From assembly GCA_030390025.1 (NCBI GenBank), contig CM059452.1, positions 7,750,001-7,814,000 of the forward strand: a DNA stretch of 64,000 nucleotides, in the 5' to 3' direction. Every line of letters begins with the position of its first letter. The stretch's first letter is position 1. Shown here piece after piece: positions 47,459 to 59,111 of this stretch. This DNA comes from Squalus acanthias (taxonomy: Eukaryota). Under the pieces are notes generated by a model. That model was not told the DNA's origin. It did not search any database and was given only the letters and a program-made list of their open reading frames with translations. The translations under genes and the position numbers were made by a program.

Positions 47459-47725
47459 CCGGGCCGCCCACACTCAGTGTTTCTCACTGACACCAGCTCA
47501 CACTGTCTCTGAGCTCACACCGGGCCGCTCACACTCAGTGTTTCTCACTGACACCAGCTCACACTGTCTCTGAGCTCACACCGGGCCGCCCACACTCAGT
47601 GTTTCTCACTGACACCAGCTCACACTGTCTCTGAGCTCACACCGGGCTGCCCACACTCAGTGTTTCTCACTGACACCAGCTCACACTGTCTCTGAGCTCA
47701 CACCGGGCTGCCAACATTCAGTGTG
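47459..47725. repeat. 61-bp minisatellite x4, overlapping the putative non-coding first exon of the V at 46944-47277
   Basis: Unit CCGGGCCGCCCACACTCAGTGTTTCTCACTGACACCAGCTCACACTGTCTCTGAGCTCACA; GTGAGT donor on the minus strand at 47458. Confidence 0.9.
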
Positions 47726-49073
47726 TCTTTCTAACAGCAGCTCAGCCCGGACCACTTACACGCAGTATTTCTCACTGTTTCACCCTGTCCTCTGGTGGCG
47801 AGTACTGGTAATTGCGAGGTGCAATTATTGACGCCAATTCCCGATAATTTGCAGTACACAAGATAGTTATAAGAGAGAACGGCGACTCACTCAGGCAAGG
47901 GATGACTCCGTCATTCAGAGAGATCCAAGCTCTCGACTTCCATTGTAGCATCCAACGATCCCAGTGCATTCTCCTCCCCCACTCTAACTGAAAGTTTATT
48001 CCACGCATTGATCACAATTGTGTGTGAAGCAGAATTTCCTGATACCAGTCCTAGAATTTTAACCGGTGTTCTTTCCCAGAAGGATGGAGTGGGAATTTTT
48101 TATGCTAATATTTACAACATATCAATAGTAATAATAACATTGATAAATCAAAATGAAAATTGATAATAAGCCATATAAACACTGATATTAATTTCAAAAT
48201 AATGCCTCTATTTCCGAATCTGCTTCATTAATCCCTTCATTAAAGTCACTGAACAATGTTCTCAGGCTGTAACTCGCATCGATACTGAAACTAACACAGT
48301 GAACACATCCTCGTACTGCCCTCTGGTGGCGACTGCCTGTAACTACAAGGTACAAGTCCTGTCCTGTTCCAGTTCACAAGATCATTCTGAATGAGGGAAG
48401 CCATTCTTCCCGTATTGTCCCATCCATCCAGAGAGATACTATCTTCCGGCCCCACTGTGACCTCAAACTTTTCCTTAAAAGTTTCCAGGATATGTTCTTC
48501 CACCACTGTATTCGGAAACTTATTCCATACATTCACCAGTTTCCATGTGTGAAGAAGATATTTTCCTATATTTACATATTATACTTTGAACCCGTGCTTC
48601 CCTCTTCTACTTCAAACAGTTCAATTTAAAGTAATATTGCTTAATATGGTTTTAATACATCAACTGTGTGATACTTCTCTAGATGTCATTGCAGTCAGGC
48701 ACTCGGATACGGTGCTGTTTAAAACTCTCGCACATCCGCGAGCAGCAGGTCACAAGCGCTGGGTTTGTCTCCTTGGGATGGACTATTCCAAAGAAAGAAG
48801 GCAGGGATCATTGTGAGAGAAAGTGAGGACAGCGCGACAATTCCTCACAGGTGGGTCCTACGTGTGACAACACTTCCCGCGGCAGCCCCGCCCACAGCTT
48901 CCGTTTGCTGCTCTCGCTCTGACCCGCCTTGCCTGCCCTGTGTTATTGGAGAGATTGCTGGCGCGGTTCACTGTTTGGCATTGGTTGGATCAGCAGTGCA
49001 GTGGGGGCGGGGATCTGTATTTCTGCTCCCACAGAGGATTTCCCGGACTGCAGAGTTACAGACTCGGAGCATC

Positions 49074-49623
49074 ATGCGGAACCGTCTCGCACCGCTCCTC
49101 ATCATTATATCACTTCTCAGTAAGTAATTCCTCCCCAGTAAACATCCATTCTCCCCTGACTGCTGTAACCCAGGTGTTGTTATTGGTGAAATGATGATAA
49201 TGATGGTGAATTAGGCACATTTCATCTTTACTCTCATTTCCATTATGTTTTTAATCTGAATTTGAAACACCCGCCGGTCTGATCTTTTCCTGTTTGAACA
49301 TGTTTTTCAGATCTGAGTCTTGGAGATTCTGTCACTCAGCCGCTGTCCTCAGGAGTTAAGACAGAAGGAGAAGCGGTGACTTTAAACTGTACCTATGATA
49401 CTACACGGAGCGGCGGAGGCTATAATTTGTACTGGTATCGGCAACACCCAGACACACAGCCCGAGTTTATTCTAATGAAATACGCGAGCGGTTCTGAAGA
49501 TAAAGCACATTTTGCTCAAACCCGTTTTTCAGCACAACTCGACAGCTCCACTAAATTCACCAGTTTAACCATCTCGGGGCTGCAGCTGACCGACACTGCA
49601 GTTTATTACTGTGCCCTGGGACT
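49074..49623 (+). CDS. TCR alpha/delta V segment: family-A V exon (49311-49623) with family-B leader (49074-49119), intact
   Basis: MRNRLAPLLIIISLL|NLSLGDSVTQP..TLNCTYDTTRSGGGYNLYWYRQ..DTAVYYCALGL. RSS: CACAGTG 49624-49630, 23 bp, ACAGAAACT 49654-49662. Confidence 0.92.
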
Positions 49624-50615
49624 CACAGTGATGGAAGCCAGTTAAACCCTCGTACAGAAACTCCCTCCGCTTTGTAGATCAGAGGCTCCGCCTTCTGAAG
49701 CCGGATATAACGACGGGCAGATGTGAAGAGCGATTAAAAATAATTATTCAGCAAATCTGCCATTTTCTTATTTTCTATGACAGTATCACCCGAGTGTGTC
49801 TTTAAGCGGCCCACATTACCCTGAGCCTCCCGCTTTCTCTTCTTACTTTGAAAACGTTTCCATATAATCGCCATCAGAGGGCAGTTCATTGTTGGTTTTA
49901 GTGTCGGGGCGAGTTACAGACTAAGAACATTGTTCATCTTATTTAACTAAAGAATTAGAGAAACACATTTTTAAATGCAGGCATTAAGTTCAAAAGGAAG
50001 TCTGTGTTCCAAATGGTTAACTATTAAGTTATTGTGAATGTGGTTATTGTTAACGTGAATACGTTGTAAATATTTGTAATGAACAGCTCGCCCCAGAATC
50101 AGTAAAACTATCTGTTGTCTGCACCCTCCCATTCTGCTCAAACCTGTCAGTCACTCCCCAATTCATTCATATAAAAGGTCGCGTTTGTCTAATTTACCAC
50201 ATCGATGTGTTCAAATCCTCAGGATCTACAGGCCGTCTCTACCTCCCCTTATATCGGCTGTGGGTAGTTCTAATGGTCAGTGAGCAGCTCTTTTAATGGG
50301 AGCCTCCGGCACTGCTGCCAGAACAATATTAACAAATTCCTTTCACTGGCCCCACCTCACAGACTGAAACTGTTAAAGGGCCAACATTGGGTTTAATCCC
50401 CGTCCAGTTCTCTGTTGTGAGGAGAACAAATGAGCTGTGAGCTGATTGGATAAATTGGAGAACAAAGGACTAGTGAGCTGATTGGATATCTCCTGCTGAC
50501 TCTGTCAGGAATGAACCAATCGGCAGAGAGGCCGGATATCAGTCAACATCTTCCCAGCTCTTGACTAAAACAAACTCAGGTTCAACCCGTCATCCGACAT
50601 CAACTCTCTGCAAAC

Positions 50616-50667
50616 ATGTTGGCTGTTACATTTTATTTATTCGTCACAGCTGCAGCTCTCCTAATTG
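50616..50667 (+). pseudogene. Orphan TCR V leader exon with promoter (inverted paralogue of 41799-42290)
   Basis: MLAVTFYLFVTAAALLI G|gtaagt; no cognate V exon follows. Confidence 0.8.
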
Positions 50668-50829
50668 GTAAGTTCAAAAGTTACACAACACTGAATTTCA
50701 CATCTGCATCATACATTATATTTAATCGATCAGTCCCCGGAACACAAGATTATCAATAGATTGACGCGCACTGACGAAAACCATCCGGATCCACCTTTAT
50801 TCAACACTGAACACGGTTTGGGGAAAATC

Positions 50830-51723
50830 GTGTTAGATTCGAATTTGGAGAAACTCTAGACGGAGACGGAATTGAGGACAAGTTCAGAATTTATTAAAAT
50901 AAGCAAAAGACTTGTGCACAAGGGAGAGCCACTCAGCTTCCTCAAGCTAGGGGCGCACTCTCTGAGGAACAAGTAACGGTTCATTCAAGTTATACATTTC
51001 TATAAGCACCGCCCACTTACTACAGAATGGGGCGTACACGTACAAACAGTGTCACTACAGTTACTCTCTATTGGTTATATGGTTAGTCACTCAACTGTCG
51101 GGCCCTCCCCTTGAACCCTGACCATGCCAGTCACACATGTTGGTTGCCTCATCCTACTCCCCAAATTCTTGCTGTTATCTCTTCCTTTGCGGGCATAGTT
51201 TATAGTTTGAGAAAACATATTTTATCCCTGGCTGTCGGACAGAGCGGGGTGGCTCAAGGCCGTAATGGCTTGGATGCTCAGTGACTGGAACCGTGTTGGT
51301 CATTAATTGCTCCCTTATCTCTTGGGAGACCAGGTTCGAATAGTAGATGTACCCCCCGTGCCTGGAACTGTGTTGGTTGTTAATTGCTCCCTTATCTCTT
51401 GGGAGGCCAGGCTGTGCTTTGACAATGGCTCTACTGAGGTTGTGAATACATATATCCCAAGGTTTGATAAGGGGAGGGAGGCACCTTCCAGTCTACAAAT
51501 ATGCCTTAATTAGCTAAACCTACTATCCGAAATAAGTAGAGGGTAATGTAGTCAAGTATCCCAGCATTCTTTGGGAACAAGCTGGATCCTTCAGTCGACA
51601 AAAACCTCCAGTGAATGAAAGCGGAAGAGTTGAGGTGAGATTACAGGCGAATGGCAGACAGACCCGCTCCGCCCCGCCGGGGTCAATGACGGACTTTGAC
51701 AGATAGACGATTCTTAAACCCAC
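50830..51723 (-). mobile_element. Possible solo LTR / unclassified insertion
   Basis: About 0.9-kb block with TG..CA-like ends, a minus-strand AATAAA near 50890 and an internal direct repeat (TAATTGCTCCCTTATCTCTTGGGAG x2). No TSD found. Confidence 0.35.
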
Positions 51724-51866
51724 AGACCGTTTGAAGTTTTCCCTTCACATCACAAGAGGTGAAGGTGAGGAACTGTTCCGGTGGAAGGTGCTGCAGGTTC
51801 ATTAAAGGAAGTTTTATTCAGTCGATCTCAGCATCTTCCCGTGAGCAGCCCCTGAGCTGTGGGGAA

Positions 51867-52298
51867 ATGTACTTATGTTTAACTGCCCTGATTTACTTCT
51901 CAGGTAAGTGTTGGGGGTGACGGGCTGATTCTGGGGGATAGACACAGTGAAGTGACGTTGTTTCATTTAATATCGCTCTGGGCTCTTGCAGGACATTGTC
52001 GAGGAGACTCTGTTTCACAGACACCGGCTGCAACCACAGTCAGTGAAGAAGACGATGTTCAGTTGCACTGTAATTATACAGCTACACGCACCAGCGATCT
52101 TTACCTATTCTGATACCGTCAGTATCCCAGCGGATCCATGGAGTATCTGCTGCAGAGAACAAGATACAGCAAGAACGAAGGGACAGTTCCAGGGGACCGT
52201 TTTTCAGCGAAGCTCAATGATTCGAGCCGAACCGTCCCGCTGAATGTGTCTGAAACACAACTGACAGACTCCGCGGTGTATTACTGCGCACTGAGCCC
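51867..52298 (+). pseudogene. TCR V pseudogene (leader 51867-51903, V exon 51992-52298); Trp41 is a stop
   Basis: MYLCLTALIYFS G|HCRGDSVSQTP..VQLHCNY..LYLF*YRQ (TGA 52111-52113)..DSAVYYCALSP. RSS: CACAGAG 52299-52305, 23 bp, ACAAAAACT 52329-52337. Confidence 0.9.
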
Positions 52299-52779
52299 CA
52301 CAGAGACACGGAGCTGGGCTGGACCTGTACAAAAACTGTCAGAGCGTCGCTCAACATATCAGCGCGTCAGAGGAACATTGTGATCAGCGGCGAGTCTCAG
52401 CTGGTCCCTGTATTTGTGATTAGACATTGTGCTGTTAATTCTAATATATAGATATCTTTATTCCTGCAATTTGTCTCTTTTTAAGTATTTATCCAATTCC
52501 CCTTTGAATGTTATTATTGAATCTGCTTCCACCGCCCTTTCAAGGCAGTGAATTCCAGATCACAACAACTCACTGAGTAAAACAACAAATCTCCTCATCG
52601 CCTCTCTCCAATTCTTTTGCCAAATTACTTCAACGTGTTTGTCATAGACTGGGTTTGTATTCCCTTGAATATAGAAGATTACGGGGTGTTATAATTGTGA
52701 TGTTGAAAAAGATGAAAGGAATTGATAGGGTGGATAGAGGGATAAACAGGCGATAAGATGTAGTATTGTTATCACTCAG

Positions 52780-53750
52780 ACATGGTCTCCTGTAATATAA
52801 CCAGTGGCAGGATTTAATTTAATATAAATAAAGACATTATCTAGTGCAGTATTAACTGAAAAAGGGCCTAGTGTAATACAAAGAGAGACATTGCCTAATG
52901 CAGTAGCAACTGAGACAGGGCCTTGTGAAAAATAAACAGTGATAAAGTATAGTGCATTGATAGCTGATACGGGGCCTGGTCTTATATATACAGAGAAAGT
53001 GTCAAGTGCAGTAATAACTGAGACAGGGTCTAGTGTAATCTAAACAGAGACAGGGTCTAGTGTAATCTAAACAGAGACAGGGTCTAGTGCAGTAATAACT
53101 GAGACAGGGCCTAGTGTAATATAAATAGAGACATGGTCTAGTGCAGTTATAACTGAGACAAGGCCTAGTGTAATATAAACAGAGACAGGGTCCAGTGTAA
53201 TATAAACAGAGACAGGGTCTAGAGTAATATAAACAGAGACAGGTTCTAGTGCAATATAAACAGAGACAGGGTCTAGTGTAATATAAACAGAGACAGAGTC
53301 TAGTGTAATATAAACAGAGACAGGGTCTAGTGTAATATAAACAGAGACAGGTTCTAGTGCAATATAAACAGAGACAGGGTCCAGTTTAATATAAACAGAG
53401 ACAGGGTCCAGTGTAATATAAACAGAGACAGAGTCTAATGTAATATAATCAGAGACAGGTTCTAATGTAATATAAACAGAGACAGGGCCTAGTGTAATAT
53501 AAACAGTGACAGGGTCCAGTGTAATATAAACAGAGACAGGGTCTAGTGTAATATAAACGGAGACATGGTCTAGTGTAATATAAACAGAGGCAGGGCAGAG
53601 TGTAATATAAACAGAGACAGTGTGTCATGTTATAATAAAAAAGACATGGTTTAGCGTCAATTAATCTGCGACAGCGTCTAGTGTTATCTTTGAGAAATGC
53701 ACTTGTTAACATTAAGAATGATGTGCTTTACACACACACACACACACTCA

Positions 53751-53806
<56 letters not shown>

Positions 53807-54480
53807 ACGCTTTGGGTGTGTTATTTTCAGTGTTCTTGTTAACCAGATGATAGTTGTGCACTTGGTATCATTAGGAACCTGTGGCAGCCCATCAGGCGTT
53901 GCTGTGAGATCACGGTCCCAGACTCTGTCCAGCTCTATCAGTGGGTCATGCGAAAGCTAAATAGAAAAGTCTATGTAATATAAAGAGAGACCGGGCCCAG
54001 TGTACTATAAACAGCGGCATGGTATGGTGCAGTATTAAAAAAGACAGGGTCTATTGTAATATAAGCAGGACATGGTCTACTTCAGTAAAACTGAGACAGG
54101 GCCTTGTGTAATATAAATAGAGACAGGGTCTAGTGAAATATAAATAGAGACAGGGTCTAGTGTAATATAAACAGAGACAGGGTCTAGTGCAGTAGTAACT
54201 GAGACAGGGTCTAGTGAAATATAAATAGAGACAGGGTCTAGTGTAATATAAACAGAGACAGGGCCGAGTGTAATATTAACACAGACATTGTCCAGCACTT
54301 TCTAACTGTGACATGGCCTAGTGTAATATAAACAGGGGCATGGTCTAGTGCAGTAATAAATAATATAGGGCCTAATGTTATATAAGCAGAAACATTTTCT
54401 ATTGTAGTAATAAATGAGACGGGGCCTAGTGTAATATGAACAAAGACAGGGTCTCGTGCAGTAATAATTGAGATTTTGGC
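52780..54480. repeat. 27-bp satellite arrays (AGTGTAATATAAACAGAGACAGGGTCT) interrupted by a (CA)n(TA)n microsatellite and a unique spacer
   Basis: Many near-identical tandem units at 52780-53640 and 53970-54480. Confidence 0.92.
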
Positions 54481-54924
54481 CAGATCTTTAACCATTGAGT
54501 ACAGACAGACATTGAGCTGATTCATCGAGGGAAGCCTCACTCACCTGCACAGATACATTGCTCAGATGTTTAACCTTTGAGACCAGACAGGCCTTGAGCT
54601 GCTCTACCGTGTCGGTCCTCACTCACCTGCACAGATACATTGCTCAGATATTTAAGCATCAAGAGCAGACAGGGATAGGGCTGATACACCGTGGGGGTCC
54701 TCACTCAGCTGCACAGGTACGTTGCTGAGATCTTCCTTTCGTTTAATCACTTCCATTGTTCCATTTCTTAATTTTAATCTGCTGTTTGTTTTTCTGATCC
54801 TTGTCTGTTTTATATATCTATTTATCCCTATCTGTTCTGCTTTTCCTAATGCTCGGTTCTCCCCATCTCCCCCATTTCCTGCAAAACATCCAGATTCCCC
54901 CTTTCCCATGTACTCTGGTGACAC

Positions 54925-55110
54925 CGTGCAGTCTGTGTGAGGTCAGTCTGTGTAACGTGAGTATGCAGTCTGTGTGACGTCAGTCTGCTGTCTGTATGAC
55001 GTCAGTCTGCATTCTATGTGTGTGACGTCTGTGTTTGTCGTCAGTCAGTGTGACGTCAGTGTGCAGTCTGTGTGACGTCAGTCTGCAGTCTGTGTGACGT
55101 CAGTCTGCAT
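54925..55110. repeat. About 22-bp minisatellite rich in CRE palindromes
   Basis: TGACGTCA at 54975, 54997, 55051, 55073 and 55095. Confidence 0.8.
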
Positions 55111-55662
55111 TCTGTGTGTCCCGGAGTTTCAGTTAGCGTCAGCCTCTCTCGCTCTGTGTTTGAGTGACGTGGCGTGGGCCACATTTGAGTGACGTACAGT
55201 CGGACTTGTTTGGGTGCCGCACAGACGGCCTTGTTTGAGGGAGCTATAGTCGGCCATGCTTGAGAGATGTGATGCCGGTGATGTCGGCGATATTTGGGTG
55301 ACGTTTGAATGTCAGCAACCTCCTTCTTGGAGCTGATCTGAATATTGATCAATGACTTTAAGGGTAAACAGCTGATCAGAAACTTAAAGGACAGTTTAAC
55401 CGGTCGGTTCATTCTGTGATCGATCTTTCGGGCCAATTGGATTCTGCAGTTTGTTTTTTCGGCCGCTCTTGGAAGCAGCTGGGTGACAGTTTGATCTGAG
55501 GTTAATTTGGTTTCCTCTCCGTGTGTGTTTGAGCGCCTGACAGCGCGCTGCACATTGTGACTGCATCTGCCCGCGATTCACACAACCCCAACAGACAGGA
55601 GCTCCGCCCTACAGTCCAATGGCAGTTTTTGTACAGGGCTGAGACTGCTTTCCATCACTGTG

Positions 55663-56126
55663 AGTCTCAGGGCGCAGTAATACACGGCAGTGTCAGTCAG
55701 CTGCAGCCCGGAGATGGATAAACTGGTGAATTTAGTCGAGGTCTGGAGCTCTGCAGAGAAACGGGTTTTAGCAAAATCTGCTTTATCTTCAGCACCGCTC
55801 GAGCGTTTCCTCAGTATATACTCGGGCTGTGTGTCTGGGTGTTGCCGGTACCAGTATAAATAATAGTCGCTCCATGTAGTATCATAGGTACAGCTTAAAG
55901 TCACCGCTTCTCCTTCTGTCTTAACTACTGAGGACAGCGGCTGAGTGACAGAATCTCCAAGACTCAGATCTGAAAAACATGTTCAAACAGGAAAAGATCA
56001 GACCGGCGGGTGTTTAAAATTCAGATTCAAACCATGTTAGAAATGAGAGAAAAGATGAAATGTGTTTGGTCCACAATTACCTGTCAGAAATGCCCCCCAC
56101 ACAGCCCAGATGCTGAGTAGCCGCAT
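55663..56126 (-). CDS. TCR alpha/delta V segment, family A (leader 56081-56126, V exon 55663-55969), intact
   Basis: Inverted paralogue of 424-889: ..TLSCTYDTTWSDYYLYWYRQ..DTAVYYCALRL. RSS: CACAGTG 55656-55662, 23 bp, ACAAAAACT 55624-55632. Confidence 0.93.
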
Positions 56127-57544
56127 TGTCGCTGTCTGCTCTGTAAAAGGGGGGCTGGATATTTGAAGACACCCGTTCTAAACCCCGCCCTCAATAATCG
56201 GCTGTCCTGTCTCAGGATGCTCTCACCTCACTTCCTGGAGTCCCCAGTGGTGCTGTGAGACCGGTAGGTGGTGAGTTGGATGCCCGTGAATGGAAACACC
56301 CCGAGCTGGGCTACAGTCAGTGTCCTTACAGGGGAATGGTTCCGCTTTTCGAGACCGGGTATGAATGAAACACTTGTATGCTAATTGTAATTTGAAAGCA
56401 GTGGGTTATAAATGGGTTTGGTTCATTCCGGCGTCAATGCGATCTCTAGAATTCAGTTCGCCTTACCATCAGGACACTGGTAACCGTGACTCCAGTGCGC
56501 TTTCCCTCACGGGTCAATGAACTCGATATTTCAGCTGAATGATTTGTAGATCCGTGATATTAGAGCGATGATATTTGCTGTTACTGAACAAACAATTGAA
56601 CAGACTTAAAGAATAAACTCCTGCTGTAATTTAAACAGGGTTTCGAGAACCGCCCTTTCTGTGGTTTGCATTTAAAATTGGTTTAAATTCTATCTGTTGA
56701 GTTCTCCGCTTCTTTGTGCCAGTTCTTTAAATCTTTCATTCTTTAAAGATTCATAATCTTCAGATGTTGGATTTGCAATGAGAGAGAATGAAGGGAGCGG
56801 CGCATCCGCGCTTTTCAACAATTTCCCGCTCATCTGCTTAAAGTGCCCAGGAGCAGAGCGCGAGGAGCGGCTTCAAAGGGTGAGGTGTCGGGCGGGACCT
56901 CGTTAACAGAAGCTCAACACCAGCAGGGCGTGAAAAACTCCTTACAACTTTCACTCATAATAGAAAAGGATGTGGCGCAGAGAAATAAACACAATGCAGG
57001 CAGTTTCGGTTTGTGTTTCGCCCCTTTAACATCGATCTCCAGCATCGGTACAGTTAATGGCTTCAGAAATCAGATCTCAGGCTGTGTCTTTCATTCACAT
57101 TTTAATATTTCTTGCCCCATCTTCCACACCCTTCCACTCACTGGTCCTGCCCACTGGTTAGTATCAGAAGTCAATGCTTCGCAATGAGCGATGTCTTTTT
57201 CTGACGATTATTGCCCGAAGTGCCGACCCAGCCAATTGTGGCAAATTAATTTCAAATATTAATCATCTTTTGATTCAGAAATTGACACAACTGTTAGAAA
57301 AACAGCATTTAACTCGCTGCCCGGGGTCTGCGTCGAAAATGGAATATTGTGACCTGACGCCCTCTTGTGGATATTCTGAGAACGGTTCAGATGTCGGTGG
57401 ACAGGGTGAGAAATCCTGTGTTTTTTCTCTGCCCTGTCTGTAGTTCCTGTTTATGGGAAGCTGGGTTGGAGCGGTTCTGAATTAATATGCGGAGCAGCAG
57501 CAAAGGCCTTTCATCGTTAAACTAAAGACTGGACGAAGGAGGTT

Positions 57545-58450
57545 AGAGTCATAGAGTCATAGAGTTATACAGCACAGAAAGAGGCCCTTCGGCCCATCGT
57601 GTCCGCGCCGGCCATCAAGCCCTGTCTATTCTAATCCCATTTTCCAGCACTTGGTCCGTAGCCTTGTGTGCTATGGCGTTTCAAGTGTTAATCTAAATAC
57701 TTCTTGAATGTTGTGAGGGTTCCTGCCTCTACCACCCTTTCAGACAGTGAGTTCCAGATTCCAACCACCTTCTGGGTGAAAAAGATTTTCCTCAAATCCC
57801 CTCTGAACCTCCTGCCCCTTAACTTGAAACTATGCCCCCTGGTTATTGACCCTTCTACGAAGGGGAAAAGTTCCTTCCTATCTACCCTATCTATGCCCCT
57901 CATAATTTTGTACACCTCAATCAAGTCCCCCCTCAGCCTTCTCTGCTCGAAGGAAAACAACCCCAGCCTGTCCAGTCTCTCTTCATAGCTGAAGCGCCCC
58001 AGCCCAGGTAACATCCTGGTGAATCTCCTCTGCACCCTCTCCAATGCAATCGCATCCTTCCTATAGTGTGGCGACCAGAACTGCACACAGTATTCCAGCT
58101 GTGGCCTAACTAGCGTTTTGTACAGCTCCATCATAACCTCCCTGCTCTTATATTCTATGCCTCGGCTAATAAAGGTAAGTATCCCATTTGCCTTTTTAAC
58201 CACCTTATCTACCTGTCCTGCTGCCTTCAGGGATCTATGTACATGCACACCAAGGTCCCTCTGATCCTCTGTCCTTCCTAGGGTCCTACCATTCATTGTG
58301 TATCCCCTTGCCTTGTTAGTCCTCCCAAAATGCATCACCTCACACTTTTCAGGGTTAAATTCCATTTGCCACTGTTCTGCCCATCTGACCAACCCATCTA
58401 TATCGTCCTGTAACCTGAGGCTTCCCTCCTCGCTATGTACCACTCCACCA
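57545..58450 (-). mobile_element. Young 5'-truncated CR1 LINE
   Basis: 251-aa open RT C-terminus (WQMEFNPEKCEVMHFG..LVRPQLEYCVQFWSP..) plus short-repeat tail. Confidence 0.92.
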
Positions 58451-58596
58451 ATTCAGAGGTTCATAGGATTATGGGTAAAGAGTGGAGACAGGGGATGAGA
58501 AGGGACAGGCAGGCACGGAAAGAGCATCGAAAGACAAAAGGTGTGTAAGGCACCACAGATACATTTGCAACATGTATTTTTATTATTAATACACAG

Positions 58597-58950
58597 GAAC
58601 ATAAGAACATAGGAACAGGAATAGGCCATACAGCACCTCGAGCCTGTTCCGCCATTCAATGAGATCATGGTTGATCTCTGACCTAACTTCATATACTCAC
58701 CTTTGCCCCATATAACTGAATACTTTTGATTAACAAAAATCTCTCAATCTCAGATTTAAAATTAACAATTGACCCATCATCAATTATCGTTTGCCGAAGA
58801 GAGTTCCAAACTTCCACCACCCTTTGTGTGTAGAAATGTTTCCTAACTTCACTTCTGAATGTCTGGCTCTAATTTTTAGACACTGCAACCTAGTCCTACA
58901 ATCCCCAAACAGCGGAAATAGTTTCTCTCTATCTACCCTATCTGTTCCCC
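58597..58950 (-). mobile_element. CR1 LINE 3' fragment
   Basis: DRVDREKLFPL motif and TTCTTATGTTC tail. Confidence 0.75.
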
Positions 58951-59111
58951 AATATGAGCTGTAATCAACAACCAATATAATTCCGCAAATGGATCTCACC
59001 TGTTGTTGTTAAGTGTGGTGGTTTTTGCCATTTTAAGGAGGACCCTGTGACTCTCACTGTGGAGGCTGAATTATCGCTTCCGTTTATCGTTGTGAGAGCG
59101 CCCTCTGGTGA

